Positions 46,832 through 56,686 of a stretch of DNA of 64,000 bases are shown here, piece after piece. The number at the start of each line of letters is the position of its first letter. Position 1 is the stretch's first letter. The notes beneath the pieces are model-generated. The model had not been told where the DNA came from. It was given only the letters and a program-made list of their open reading frames with translations, and did not search any database. The stretch is from an uncultured Gemmatimonadales bacterium (GTDB lineage Bacteria > Gemmatimonadota > Gemmatimonadetes > Longimicrobiales > Gaopeijiaceae): positions 128,001-192,000 of the forward strand of contig CAWGKG010000012.1 of NCBI GenBank assembly GCA_963823035.1. Reading direction: 5' to 3'. Position numbers and translations under genes: made by a program.

Positions 46832-49241
46832 GGGCCGCCAGCGGCGCGCGGAACGTGCCCGCGTCGCTCCCGTTCCCGTTCCCGGCCACGTCGTCTCCGG
46901 AGGATGCGTCGGCGAGCGGGAGCCGGATGACGAAGCACGACCCCTCGCCGGGGGTGGACTCGACCCCGAGTCGCCCGCCGTGCTTCTTCACGACCACGGT
47001 GTGGGCGATCGACAGCCCCTGGCCCGTGCCGTGCCCGACTTCCTTCGTCGTGAAGAACGGCTCGAAGACACGCGACTGGATCTCATCCGGGATCCCCACA
47101 CCGTTGTCGGCCACGCGCACCTCCACCCAGCCGTCGCCACCGGCGCGGCTGCTCACCGAGATGACGCCCTTCCGCTCGGGATGCTCCGCCTGGGCCTCGC
47201 CGATCGCGTGGGCCGCGTTGACGATCATGTTGAGGATCGCCTGGTTGAACTCGTCGGCCAGGAGGGGCACGAAGGGAAGCCGATCGTCCAGGTCGAGCTC
47301 CATCTTCGCGACGTACTTCCACTCGTTGGTCGCCACGGTCACCGTGCTCTCGATCGCCCGGTTGAGATCGCAGGGCTTCCTCTCGGTACCGGGGTGCGAG
47401 AACTCCTTCATGGCGCGGACGATCTTCGCGATGCGCGTCACGCCCTCGAGCGAGTGCCGCGCTGAGCGCGGGATCTCCTCGAGGAGGTAGTCGATGTCCG
47501 CGTGCTCCACGGCTTCCTGCACCTTCTTCCCGAGCGCGGAGGGCGTGCCGTCCGGCGGGGAGGCGAGCTCCCGCAGCGCGAGGAGGGCGGGCTCCAGGTC
47601 CTCGAACGCCTCCTTCAGGAAGTGGATGTTGTCCCCCACGTACTGCGTCGGCGTGTTGAGCTCGTGGGCGATGCCCGCCGCGAGTCGTCCGATGGCCTCG
47701 AGCTTCTGACCTTGCTGCAGCTGGCGTTCCAAGATCGACCGCTCGGTCACATCCCGGAAGACCGCGACGGTGTTGGTGATCCGGCCGGTCGCGTCCCGCA
47801 CCGGGGACACCGTGCCGTCTCCCTCGAGGAGGCTCCCGTCCTGGCGGCGGCCGAGCACACGGCCCGACCAGACCCCTCCAGCCTCGATCGCGGCCTGGAC
47901 CTCGCCCTCGAGACCCTCGTTCTCCATCAGGCGGGTGATGTTGTAGGTGGTCGACCCGATGACGCGTTCCCCCGGGAAGCCCGTGATGCGCTCGAACGCC
48001 GGGTTCACATACTGGACCGTGCCGTCCAGGTCCGCGACGACCACGGCCTCCGAGGCCTGCTCCACGGCGGTCGCCAGGCGCTTGAAGCCCATCTCGGCGC
48101 TCTTCCGCGTCGTGATGTCCCGGATCACGACGTTGCACAGATCCCTCCCGGCGATCCTCATCCGGGTCAAGGCGGCCTCGACCTCCACCCGGGAGCCATC
48201 CGACCGTCGTCCCGTGGTCTCCACGGTCCGCTGCGTCGGGTCGTGCTCCTCCTTCTTGGAGCCGAGACGGCCGGTGTCCAGTTCGGGGAGGAGGTCGCGG
48301 ATGCGCGCCTGCCCGAGGTCACCCGGGCCGAAACCGAAGAGGGTTTCGGCGGACGGGTTCATGGACTCGATCCTCCCGTCGACGAAGAACGTCACGACCG
48401 CGTCCGCCATCGTCTCGAAGATCGCGCGCAGGCGCGTCTCCGCGTCCAGCGCGGAATCGGACGCCTGGCTCACACGTCGGTCCACGTAGGCGACGAGGAG
48501 GGTGAAGCCGACGATGGCCGTCGCCACCGTGGTGACGGCGGCAGCCAGCCACCCCGTCGAGATGGGCATGCCGCGCTGGGCTGCTCCGAACGCGGGATGG
48601 AAGTGCACGGCGGCCATGGCCGTGTAGTGCATCCCCGCGACAGCGCAGCCCATCGTCACGCCCGCGAGCAGCGAGAGGGCCGAGACCAGCCCCCGGCTGT
48701 GGATGCGCTTCACGGCACGCTGGAGCGCGAACCGGGTGTAGAGCGCCACCAGGGCCAGCCCATAAGCGACCACCACCGAGAGCACCACCAGAATGGGGAC
48801 GTACTCCATGGCCATGGCGGCCTGCATCGCCTCCATGCCCGTGTAGTGCATCGCCCCGACCCCCGCGGCCAGCAACAAGCCACCCGTCTGGATGCGGCCC
48901 GCACCGAGGGTGCGCGAGCTAAGGACCCAGAGGGCCGCACCGCTGCCCACGATGGCGGGGACGAAGGAGGCCAGCGTGATCATGAGGTCGTACGACACGG
49001 GCATCGGCATGACGAGCGCGAGCATCCCCGTGAAGTGCATCGCCCACACGCCGAACCCCATGGCGACCGACCCGCCCGCGACCCATCGGAAGCGCATACG
49101 GCGGGAGGGAGCGGCGGCCGCGCGGTCCACCACCGCGAACGCCGAGGCCGAAGCCAACGCGGCCACCACCACGGACAGCGTGACCAGAACCGGCGAGTAG
49201 TGGGTGGGCAGCAATGCGGCTGCCGGGTTGAACGGCTGCAT
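46815..49241 (-). CDS. MHYT-PAS-PAS sensor histidine kinase
   Basis: Three MHYT repeats (WAMHFTGM, AMHYTGM, GMHYTAM), two PAS domains, H box AGIAHELNTP, NAAHAI, DNGVGI, FEPFFTTK..G.GTGQGL. Confidence 0.93.
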   Translation of the reverse strand: MQPFNPAAALLPTHYSPVLVTLSVVVAALASASAFAVVDRAAAAPSRRMRFRWVAGGSVAMGFGVWAMHFTGMLALVMPMPVSYDLMITLASFVPAIVGSGAALWVLSSRTLGAGRIQTGGLLLAAGVGAMHYTGMEAMQAAMAMEYVPILVVLSVVVAYGLALVALYTRFALQRAVKRIHSRGLVSALSLLAGVTMGCAVAGMHYTAMAAVHFHPAFGAAQRGMPISTGWLAAAVTTVATAIVGFTLLVAYVDRRVSQASDSALDAETRLRAIFETMADAVVTFFVDGRIESMNPSAETLFGFGPGDLGQARIRDLLPELDTGRLGSKKEEHDPTQRTVETTGRRSDGSRVEVEAALTRMRIAGRDLCNVVIRDITTRKSAEMGFKRLATAVEQASEAVVVADLDGTVQYVNPAFERITGFPGERVIGSTTYNITRLMENEGLEGEVQAAIEAGGVWSGRVLGRRQDGSLLEGDGTVSPVRDATGRITNTVAVFRDVTERSILERQLQQGQKLEAIGRLAAGIAHELNTPTQYVGDNIHFLKEAFEDLEPALLALRELASPPDGTPSALGKKVQEAVEHADIDYLLEEIPRSARHSLEGVTRIAKIVRAMKEFSHPGTERKPCDLNRAIESTVTVATNEWKYVAKMELDLDDRLPFVPLLADEFNQAILNMIVNAAHAIGEAQAEHPERKGVISVSSRAGGDGWVEVRVADNGVGIPDEIQSRVFEPFFTTKEVGHGTGQGLSIAHTVVVKKHGGRLGVESTPGEGSCFVIRLPLADASSGDDVAGNGNGSDAGTFRAPLAALTPRG

Positions 49242-49438
49242 GGAATCGCGCTCCGTGCGCTCGGGCGGAAACGCCGGGATCCCTCCACCACAGGGGCGAA
49301 GGGTACCTGGCCTCACTCTCCAGTATCGGAGGACCGGCCCCGGTTCTTGACGCCCTCGGCCGGGGCATGCGCCGCCGGCGCTCAAGAGGAGCGCGCGCGG
49401 CGCCGAGACTCCGGGTGACCTCCCTCAACCCGGCTACC

Positions 49439-50629
49439 ATGGAAGATCGCCCGAGCCGCCCGCCCTCCCTTCTCTTCGTGGACGACGACGAGCGCCTTCT
49501 CGACGGCCTCCGGCGCGCCCTCCGACGGCACCGCCACGAGTGGGACATGGCGTTCGTGGGAAGCGGGCGGGAGGCGTTGAGGTTCCTGGAGGAGCACGCG
49601 GCCGACATCGTCGTCTCGGATATGCGCATGCCCGAGATGGACGGTGCCGAGCTGCTCGCCTGCGTCCGCGATCGTCAGCCCGACGCGATCCGTTTCGTGC
49701 TGTCCGGCCAGTCGAGCCGCGACGCCTCCGTCCGGGCGGCGCACCTGACGCACCAGTTCCTCCCCAAGCCCATCGAGATGGCGGTCCTCGAGCGGGTGCT
49801 CGCGAGGGCGCTCACCCTCCGCGAGCTCCTCGCCGATCCCGAGCTGCGTGCCCTCGTCGACGAGCTGGAGCCGCTTCCCGCCGTCCCCGAGCCGTACCTC
49901 GACCTGATGCGCGGCATGGGTGACGGCCAGGTGACGCTGGCGGGCGTCACGGCCATGGTCGAGCCGGACCCCATCCTGTGCGGGAAGATCCTCCAGGTCG
50001 CCAACTCGGCCTTCTTCGGGCTGCCCCAGGCGACCTCGAGCATCGGGAAGGCCGTCTCCTACCTCGGGATCGACGTCGTGCGTGCGCTCGTCCTGGCGAC
50101 CGGGCTCTACCGCGATGCTGCTCGGGTGCCGGAGGGGCTGGACCTGGCGGACGATCAGGCGCACGCGCTGGCCGTCGCCGTGCTGGCGCGCGGGGTGGCG
50201 GGCACCAGGACCGGGCTGGACGCCGCGTTCGCCGCCGGGCTGCTCCACGACGTCGGGAAGCTCGCCGTGGGCCCGGGACACCCGAGGCACCCGAGCCTGG
50301 GCGCCTACATGGTGGGCATGTGGGGGCTTCCGCAGCAGGTGGTGGAAGCGGTCGCCTACCATCACTCGCCGCGGTCGGCGCCACGCCCGTCGCTCGACGC
50401 GGTGGCCGCCGTCCACATCGCGGACGCCCTCGTCCGCGAGCGCGAGGAGCAGGTTCGCGGCCGTCCCCCGACGGCCGGAGCGGCGCCGCTGGACGAGGCC
50501 TACCTGGCCGCGATCGGCGTCGAGTTCCAGATGGAGGGATGGCGCCGCGCCGCCGCCGGACTCATGCCGGACGGCGCACACCTCCGCGAAGCGGCCACCT
50601 CCGAGACGGCCGGGCAGAGCCTTTTCTAG
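49439..50629 (+). CDS. Response regulator with HDOD domain
   Basis: LFVDDD, VSDMRMPEMDG, FLPKP; then ILQVANSAFFG, AVSYLG, AGLLHDVGK, WGLP...AYHH. Confidence 0.92.
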   Translation: MEDRPSRPPSLLFVDDDERLLDGLRRALRRHRHEWDMAFVGSGREALRFLEEHAADIVVSDMRMPEMDGAELLACVRDRQPDAIRFVLSGQSSRDASVRAAHLTHQFLPKPIEMAVLERVLARALTLRELLADPELRALVDELEPLPAVPEPYLDLMRGMGDGQVTLAGVTAMVEPDPILCGKILQVANSAFFGLPQATSSIGKAVSYLGIDVVRALVLATGLYRDAARVPEGLDLADDQAHALAVAVLARGVAGTRTGLDAAFAAGLLHDVGKLAVGPGHPRHPSLGAYMVGMWGLPQQVVEAVAYHHSPRSAPRPSLDAVAAVHIADALVREREEQVRGRPPTAGAAPLDEAYLAAIGVEFQMEGWRRAAAGLMPDGAHLREAATSETAGQSLF

Positions 50630-50808
50630 TGTTCTGTCCCAGAAGTTCGTTGCGCACCGAGGGTGCCGAAGCGCCGCCGTGGCAAGGCGCGACGACGAGG
50701 AATAGCAGCGCTATGGGGTACCCGCGCCGAAGGTGGTCGAGGAGCAACGCGGCCACGGTGGATGCAGCGGCGCACGAATGCCGACGAACTTCTGGGACAG
50801 GACACTAG
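50626..50808. mobile_element. MITE-like non-autonomous element, 183 bp
   Basis: Terminal inverted repeats CTAGTGTTCTGTCCCAGAAGTTCGT / ACGAACTTCTGGGACAGGACACTAG (24 of 25 matching), CTAG at both ends, no transposase. Confidence 0.75.
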
Positions 50809-50935
50809 CCACTCCCGGCGTTACCTCCGGCGGACCAACTCTCTACCGAATGCCCCCGGTGGCGTGACCTCCTCGTCCGAGACGGATGGTCTATTGGTGC
50901 GAGTCCCCCCGTACCTGCCACCAGGAGGCATCCGC

Positions 50936-52426
50936 ATGCGTCGTCCCTCCCCTTTGCTCCTTCTCCTCGCCGTGCTCGCCACGGGATGCGACGGTCGCGA
51001 GACCGCCACGGAGCCCGCGGTTCCGGACCACACCGCCGAGGCGGCGAATCACGAGACCAGCTTCAGCACGGACCAGCCGGCGCTCGCTGAGGTCCTCGTG
51101 CCCGGGCGCGTCACGCCCCTGGTCACAGCCGGCGACCTCATGCCCGGCGGCGAGCGGCTCGTCGGCGTCCCCGACGGGATCGGCCTCTGGGGGGGCAAGG
51201 GCAACCTGAACATGTACCTGAACCACGAGATCTCCGGTGCCTCCCGCGTGTCGCGGTTCTCCATCGACCCGCGCCGCTTCGCCGTCCTCGCGCACGAGTA
51301 CACGATCGACGGCACCGAGGGCTACGACCGCCTCTGCTCGGCGGCGTGGGTCGACGCCGGTGACGGCTTTCCCGGCGGGTGGTTCTTCACCGGTGAAGAG
51401 ACGACGGAAGGCGTCCAGCTCGCCATCGACGCGCGGGGCAACGTCACCGAGATGCCGTGGATCGGCCTCTACAACCACGAGAACCAGATCTCCGTGCCGG
51501 GCTTCCGCGGGCAGGTGGCGGTCCTGAACTTCGACGACAACGGCGGCAGCGGCCCGGGCCGCGTCGGCGCCCGCTCGGAGCTGTACATGTACGTGGCGCG
51601 CAGCAGCGCGGACGTGCTCCGCGGGCACGGCCAACTCTACGTCTTCGCCGCGGACGACGCCGACCTCCTCCCTAACGACCTGACGCCGAACGCGGCGGTC
51701 GACGGACACTGGATCGCGGTGCCCGAGGCCCTCGCCACCGACGCCGCGGCGCTCAACCAGTTCGCCGACGACCAGCTCGCCTTCCCGTTCATACGGCTGG
51801 AGGACGGCTTCTACGACAAGCAGGCCCGTACGTCCAGGCACGGCGACCCCCACGACGCCCGCGGCCGTCGGTACGGCCGCGACCACCACAAACCGGCCGC
51901 CTACTTCTTCGACACGGGGCGCAAGAACGTCACGGACCCCGAGGACGGCACGCCGATCGATCCGTGGGGCTCGATCTACCGGGTGGAGTTCCAGGATTCG
52001 CACGATCCGGCCGGTCCCACCACGCTCACGCTGCTGGCCCGCTCCTCGGGCCCGGCGACCATGTGGGCCTCGCCGGACAACGGCGACATGACCGCCGACG
52101 GCACGATCATGCTCCAGGAGGACCCGGCGAACGGCCCGTGGGAGCCCACGGGTGGGGTGCGTCCCCCGGCGATCTTCTCGCTCCAACTCGGATGGGACGG
52201 CGCGCTGTTGGACCCTGCCGGCACGAAGGTCGCCCAGGTCTCGGGCGGCGACTGCTCGGACGCAGGCCCGGGCGACTGCTGGGAGACCTCCGGGATCGTC
52301 GACGCCTCCGCTTGGTTTGGGCGCGGGGCGTGGCTCTTCGACGTGCAAGCCCACGACGAGCCGGTGCCGGACTGCCCGGAGTGCATCGAGAACGGGCAGG
52401 TGCTCCTGCTGAAGCTCGGGCGCTGA
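50936..52426 (+). CDS. PhoX-family (DUF839) alkaline phosphatase-like lipoprotein
   Basis: LATGC lipobox, PDG, NHE, RLCSA, TGEE, NHEN, RLEDG, SPDN, LQED, WETSG, DVQAH; RBS AGGAGG. Confidence 0.8.
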   Translation: MRRPSPLLLLLAVLATGCDGRETATEPAVPDHTAEAANHETSFSTDQPALAEVLVPGRVTPLVTAGDLMPGGERLVGVPDGIGLWGGKGNLNMYLNHEISGASRVSRFSIDPRRFAVLAHEYTIDGTEGYDRLCSAAWVDAGDGFPGGWFFTGEETTEGVQLAIDARGNVTEMPWIGLYNHENQISVPGFRGQVAVLNFDDNGGSGPGRVGARSELYMYVARSSADVLRGHGQLYVFAADDADLLPNDLTPNAAVDGHWIAVPEALATDAAALNQFADDQLAFPFIRLEDGFYDKQARTSRHGDPHDARGRRYGRDHHKPAAYFFDTGRKNVTDPEDGTPIDPWGSIYRVEFQDSHDPAGPTTLTLLARSSGPATMWASPDNGDMTADGTIMLQEDPANGPWEPTGGVRPPAIFSLQLGWDGALLDPAGTKVAQVSGGDCSDAGPGDCWETSGIVDASAWFGRGAWLFDVQAHDEPVPDCPECIENGQVLLLKLGR

Positions 52427-52529
52427 CCCCGGGAAGCCCTGGGGGATGTGGCGAATCGCCGCATCCCATCCCACCCCGGCGCGGTCTCCGGAGGCCGCGC
52501 GGGGGTGGGGCCAGCGGGAGGAAGCCCCG

Positions 52530-54002
52530 TCAGAACACCGGTCCGACGACGCGGCGGGCCTCCTCCAACTCCGCCACGGCGTCCGGGTCCGGACGGGTGA
52601 CGAGGCTGAAGCCGATCGTGCAGGCGAAGCCGACCACGAAGCCGGGGATCATCTCGTAGAGGTCCCAGAAGCGCTCCTTGAGCGCGACGACCCACACCAC
52701 CGTGGTGACGAACCCGCCCACCATGCCCGCGATCGCGCCCGCCCGCGTGGTGCGCTTCCAGAAGAGCGAGCACAGCACCACCGGCGTGAAGGCCGCGGCG
52801 ATCCCCGACCACGCGAAGAGCACGAACCAGAAGATCATCCGTGTCTGCGACAGCGCGAGGCCGATGCCGACCAGGCCGATCACAACGGTGACCGCCTTGC
52901 CGAGGAGCGAGAGCCGCCGCTGATCGGCGTCGGGCAAGAAGACATTCTGGACCACATCGCGCACCACCACGGACGAGGCAAGGATGAGCAGCGAGTCCAC
53001 GGTGGACATGATGGCCGCGAGAACCACGACCAGGAAGATCCCGGTGAAGAAGGCGGGAAAGAGCGCGTGGCTGAGCTCGGGGAGTACGCTCTCGGGGTCC
53101 GCGAGGCCTGGGAAGAGAACGCGGCCCGCCATCCCCGACAGCACCGCTCCCACGTCGAAGCCGATCACGCACAGCACGGCCCACAGCCCTCCATCCTCGA
53201 TCTCGCGCCGGTCGCGCGCCGCCATGAAGCGCGCCAGGAGCTGAGGGGATCCCAAGAAGGCGAGGCCGATGGCCACGAAGCCGAAGGCGCTCGCGAAGCC
53301 GCCGATCGACATGCCGAAAGAGCCCATCGGCTTCAGCAGGTCCGGGTCGGCGGCACGCAGCGCGCCCATGGTGGCATCCCACCCGCCCGCCGCGGGGATG
53401 GCCACGAGGGGAAGGGTCACCAGGCAGCCCAACATGAGCACGCCCTGCAGGAAGTCCGAGTACGCCACGGCCTTGAAGCCGCCCACCGAGGTGTAGAAGA
53501 GCACGATCGCGAGGCCGATCCATACGCCCACCCCGTAACCCGTGTGCAGGAAGGTGTCGAAGGCCTTTCCCGACGCGGTGAGCTGCGCGGCGACGTAGGC
53601 GGTGACCATGCTCAGGAGGATCACCGCCGAGAGGATCCGGAAGACGTGCCGCGTGTCGCGGAAGCGCGCGGTCAGATAGTCGGGGACGGTGATCGCGTCG
53701 TAGCGGTCGGTGAGCACCTTGAAGGGCCGCGCCACGAAGACCCACGCCGTCGCGACGCCCAGCACCTCGCCCATGATCACCCAGAAGGCATGGACGCCCA
53801 CCGCGTAGCCCATCCCCGTGAGGCCGAGGAGGAGCCACGCGCTCTCGCCGGTCGCGTTGGAGCTGAAGGCGATCACCCACGCCGGAAGCCGCTTTCCGGC
53901 CAGGAAGTACCCCTTCATGTCGGTCGATTCGCGGCTCCCCCACACGCCGATGGCAAGGAGGACGACCAGATAGCCCACCAGCACGGCGACGATCGTGGTC
54001 AC
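52530..54002 (-). CDS. putP: Sodium:proline symporter (SSS family)
   Basis: YFLAGKRL, ESAWLLLGL, GGFKAVAYSDFLQG, LAAIMSTVDS, AWSGIAAAF, LYEMIPGF. Confidence 0.88.
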   Translation of the reverse strand: MTTIVAVLVGYLVVLLAIGVWGSRESTDMKGYFLAGKRLPAWVIAFSSNATGESAWLLLGLTGMGYAVGVHAFWVIMGEVLGVATAWVFVARPFKVLTDRYDAITVPDYLTARFRDTRHVFRILSAVILLSMVTAYVAAQLTASGKAFDTFLHTGYGVGVWIGLAIVLFYTSVGGFKAVAYSDFLQGVLMLGCLVTLPLVAIPAAGGWDATMGALRAADPDLLKPMGSFGMSIGGFASAFGFVAIGLAFLGSPQLLARFMAARDRREIEDGGLWAVLCVIGFDVGAVLSGMAGRVLFPGLADPESVLPELSHALFPAFFTGIFLVVVLAAIMSTVDSLLILASSVVVRDVVQNVFLPDADQRRLSLLGKAVTVVIGLVGIGLALSQTRMIFWFVLFAWSGIAAAFTPVVLCSLFWKRTTRAGAIAGMVGGFVTTVVWVVALKERFWDLYEMIPGFVVGFACTIGFSLVTRPDPDAVAELEEARRVVGPVF

Positions 54003-54112
54003 CGCCGGTCCCTCCGGCGGTCACGGCGGCGGGCGCGGTAGAAGGAGACCTCGAGGCTCAGGCCGAGCCCGACGGCGACGACGAGGAGAGCCCAGGCATC
54101 GAGGGGCATCGC

Positions 54113-56641
54113 TCAGCCCTCCGCGTCTCCGTCCAGCACGCGATCGATGCGGACCAGCACGTCCTCGAGGTGCGCCCGTGTGGCCGGATGGCGGATACGC
54201 CGCGCGGCACGCTCCACCCCTGAACGGAGCGCGACGAGCTGCGCGCGCAGGAGCGGCCGGATGTCCGAGCGGCTCACATCGGGCGCCGGGCCCTGGAACG
54301 CGTTCGAGGTGGGCTCCTCCGTCATGAGGTACTCGACCCGCTCCAGCCACGCCCGCTGCAGCGCCCGGCGGTATCCGTCCACGGCGGAGGTCTGCTGGAG
54401 GTCGCCCCAGACGGCCGCGCGCACGTCGTCGAGGAACTCGACCAGCGGATAGGCGTCCCCGGGCTGAAGCGCCTCCATCTCCGAGAGCGTCGCCATGCGG
54501 CGTGGATCCAGGAGCCGCGTGAGCACGGAGGCCTGCCGGGCGGACAGCGCGGCGAAGCCCCCTCCCGCCGTCGGGCCCACGCGCTCGAGGATCGCGGGGT
54601 CGTTCAGCCAGACCGGCGCCTCGAACACCTCGCGCGTGAGCCAGCCCATGGCCTGCTTCTGCCTTTCGCGCGGCACGCCGTCGTAGACCACGCCCGCCTG
54701 GTCCGACACCTTGAGGTCCACGTAGACGCCGCCCACCATGGTGAGCACGTGGCCCACGTAGCGGTTCCACTGTGTCAGGGCCTCGCCGTACAGCTCCGCC
54801 AGGTCCTCGTAGTCCTCGCCGGGCTTGGTCGTCCACGCCACCAGGTTGGGCACGATACGCTTCAGGTTGGCCATCCCATACTCGGTGGCGCGCACGGGTT
54901 CGTCTCCCATGTCCTCCGTCTGCGCGCGCGGGTCCGCCACGCCGAGACCGCCCTGCGGGAGGTAGCGGTACATGGGATCGTCCGCGTGCTCCTTGATCCA
55001 TCCGTCCAACACCGGCCTCTCGGCCTCCGGCGTCCTCGCGTTCGGCAGGACCCGATAGCCCCAGTTCACGATGTAGTGGTCGTACGGCCCGATGCGGCGC
55101 AGGAAGTCCTCGGGGCGGAGCCCGTCGCCCGGCTGGGCGATGTAGTTCTGGCGGGCGTAGTCCATGATGGTGGGCGCCACGCCGTACCGGCTCGCGAACG
55201 ACTGCGAGCGCAGGGAGTCCACCGGGAAGGACGAGCTCGCGATCATGTTGTGCGGCAGTCCGATCGCATGCCCGATCTCGTGCGTGATCACCTGCTCCAT
55301 CGCCTCGTCCATCAACCGCCCGTCGATGGGCAGGCTACGCGCGCCGGGGTTCGCAGCGCCGGTCTGCACCATCATCCAGTTGCGGTACGAGCGCATGTGG
55401 TTGTGGTACCAGGTGATGTCGCTCTCGATGATCTCGCCCGTGCGCGGATCCGACGTGCTCGGGCCCACGGCGTTGCGGGTGAGGCTCGCCGTCCAGCGCA
55501 CCACGGAGTAGCGCACATCCTCCGGGTCCCACTCCGGGTCCTCCTCGCGGGAGGGCGGATCGAGGCAGACGATCGCGTTCTTGAAGCCGGCCGTCTCGAA
55601 CGCCGCCTGCCAGTTCTCGACGCCGCGCTTCACGGCGCCGCGCCAACGCTCGGGCGTGGCCGGGTCCACGTAATAGGTGATGGGCTTCACCGGCTCCACG
55701 AGCTCACCGCGGGCATAGGCCGCCGGGTCCTTCGGCTCGAGGCGCCAGCGACGGATGAACCGCTGGGTGGCGGCCTTCTGCTCGTCGAGCCCGTAGTTGA
55801 CGCGCTCGATGCTGAAGAAGCCGGCGCGCTCGTCCGCGTAGCGCGGGCGCATGGGCTCGGCCGGGAGGAGCACGAGCGACTGGTTCATCTCCATGGAGAT
55901 CGTGCCGGTCTCCTCCGCCGAGGGGGGCTCGCCCGCCTCGTAGGTCAGGACGTGGCGCACGTTCACGTTCTGCGGATAGCTCCGTCCGGACTCGATGTAG
56001 CTCCGCGCCGGATCGAGCCGCCGCACCTGGTACTCGCGGCGCTGACCGGGGCTCAGGCCCGAGATCGCGGGCGTGTCGCCCTTGTAGAAGTCCGTGACGT
56101 CGACCACGGTCGACGCGCTGTCCGGCCCGACGGCCTTCACGGGGAAGGAGGCCAGCACCGGTGCGAAGTTGTTCGCCGCGACCGAGCGCCAGATCGGTAG
56201 GGCCTCGTCTGCCACGGCGCGCGTGCCCTCGCGGCGCAGAAGGATGCGGTCCTCCACTCGCTCCCAGCGAACGAGCTGCTCGTTGACGCTCGTGCCCGCG
56301 GAGAGGAAGCCGCCCATGTCGGAGGGCACCCCCGCGATGCGGGAGATGAGGAGCATGTCCCGCCCCAGGAGGGAGTCGGGGATCTCGAAGAGCATCTTGT
56401 CGGCGACGCGGTGCACCACGAACAGGCCGCTGTCGCTGCGGGCCCGCTCGGGGACGACCTCACGGTAGGGCTTCGGGGTCTCCTGGGCGTCCCCGCCCCG
56501 GGCGCCCGCGCCCTGGCCCCCGGCCGGACCGGGGGGCGGTGTCGGGCGCGCCCGCCCGCCGCAGGCGGTGGTCAGGGCGAAGAGAAAGGTGGCCGCCAGG
56601 CCCAAGGTCGCACGTCCCCGTCGTCGTCCCATCGTTCCCAT
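54113..56641 (-). CDS. Zinc-dependent metalloprotease lipoprotein (DUF5118/DUF5117/DUF4953 type)
   Basis: Lipobox TTAC, FEIPDSLLGRDML, PMRPRYADER.GFF, DPRTGEI, HEIGHAIGLPH, IMDYAR, IGPYD. Confidence 0.92.
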   Translation of the reverse strand: MGTMGRRRGRATLGLAATFLFALTTACGGRARPTPPPGPAGGQGAGARGGDAQETPKPYREVVPERARSDSGLFVVHRVADKMLFEIPDSLLGRDMLLISRIAGVPSDMGGFLSAGTSVNEQLVRWERVEDRILLRREGTRAVADEALPIWRSVAANNFAPVLASFPVKAVGPDSASTVVDVTDFYKGDTPAISGLSPGQRREYQVRRLDPARSYIESGRSYPQNVNVRHVLTYEAGEPPSAEETGTISMEMNQSLVLLPAEPMRPRYADERAGFFSIERVNYGLDEQKAATQRFIRRWRLEPKDPAAYARGELVEPVKPITYYVDPATPERWRGAVKRGVENWQAAFETAGFKNAIVCLDPPSREEDPEWDPEDVRYSVVRWTASLTRNAVGPSTSDPRTGEIIESDITWYHNHMRSYRNWMMVQTGAANPGARSLPIDGRLMDEAMEQVITHEIGHAIGLPHNMIASSSFPVDSLRSQSFASRYGVAPTIMDYARQNYIAQPGDGLRPEDFLRRIGPYDHYIVNWGYRVLPNARTPEAERPVLDGWIKEHADDPMYRYLPQGGLGVADPRAQTEDMGDEPVRATEYGMANLKRIVPNLVAWTTKPGEDYEDLAELYGEALTQWNRYVGHVLTMVGGVYVDLKVSDQAGVVYDGVPRERQKQAMGWLTREVFEAPVWLNDPAILERVGPTAGGGFAALSARQASVLTRLLDPRRMATLSEMEALQPGDAYPLVEFLDDVRAAVWGDLQQTSAVDGYRRALQRAWLERVEYLMTEEPTSNAFQGPAPDVSRSDIRPLLRAQLVALRSGVERAARRIRHPATRAHLEDVLVRIDRVLDGDAEG

Positions 56642-56686
56642 GATCTCGCAGTCCCGGTTGATCGCGTTGGTGTCGGCCCTCGTCTA

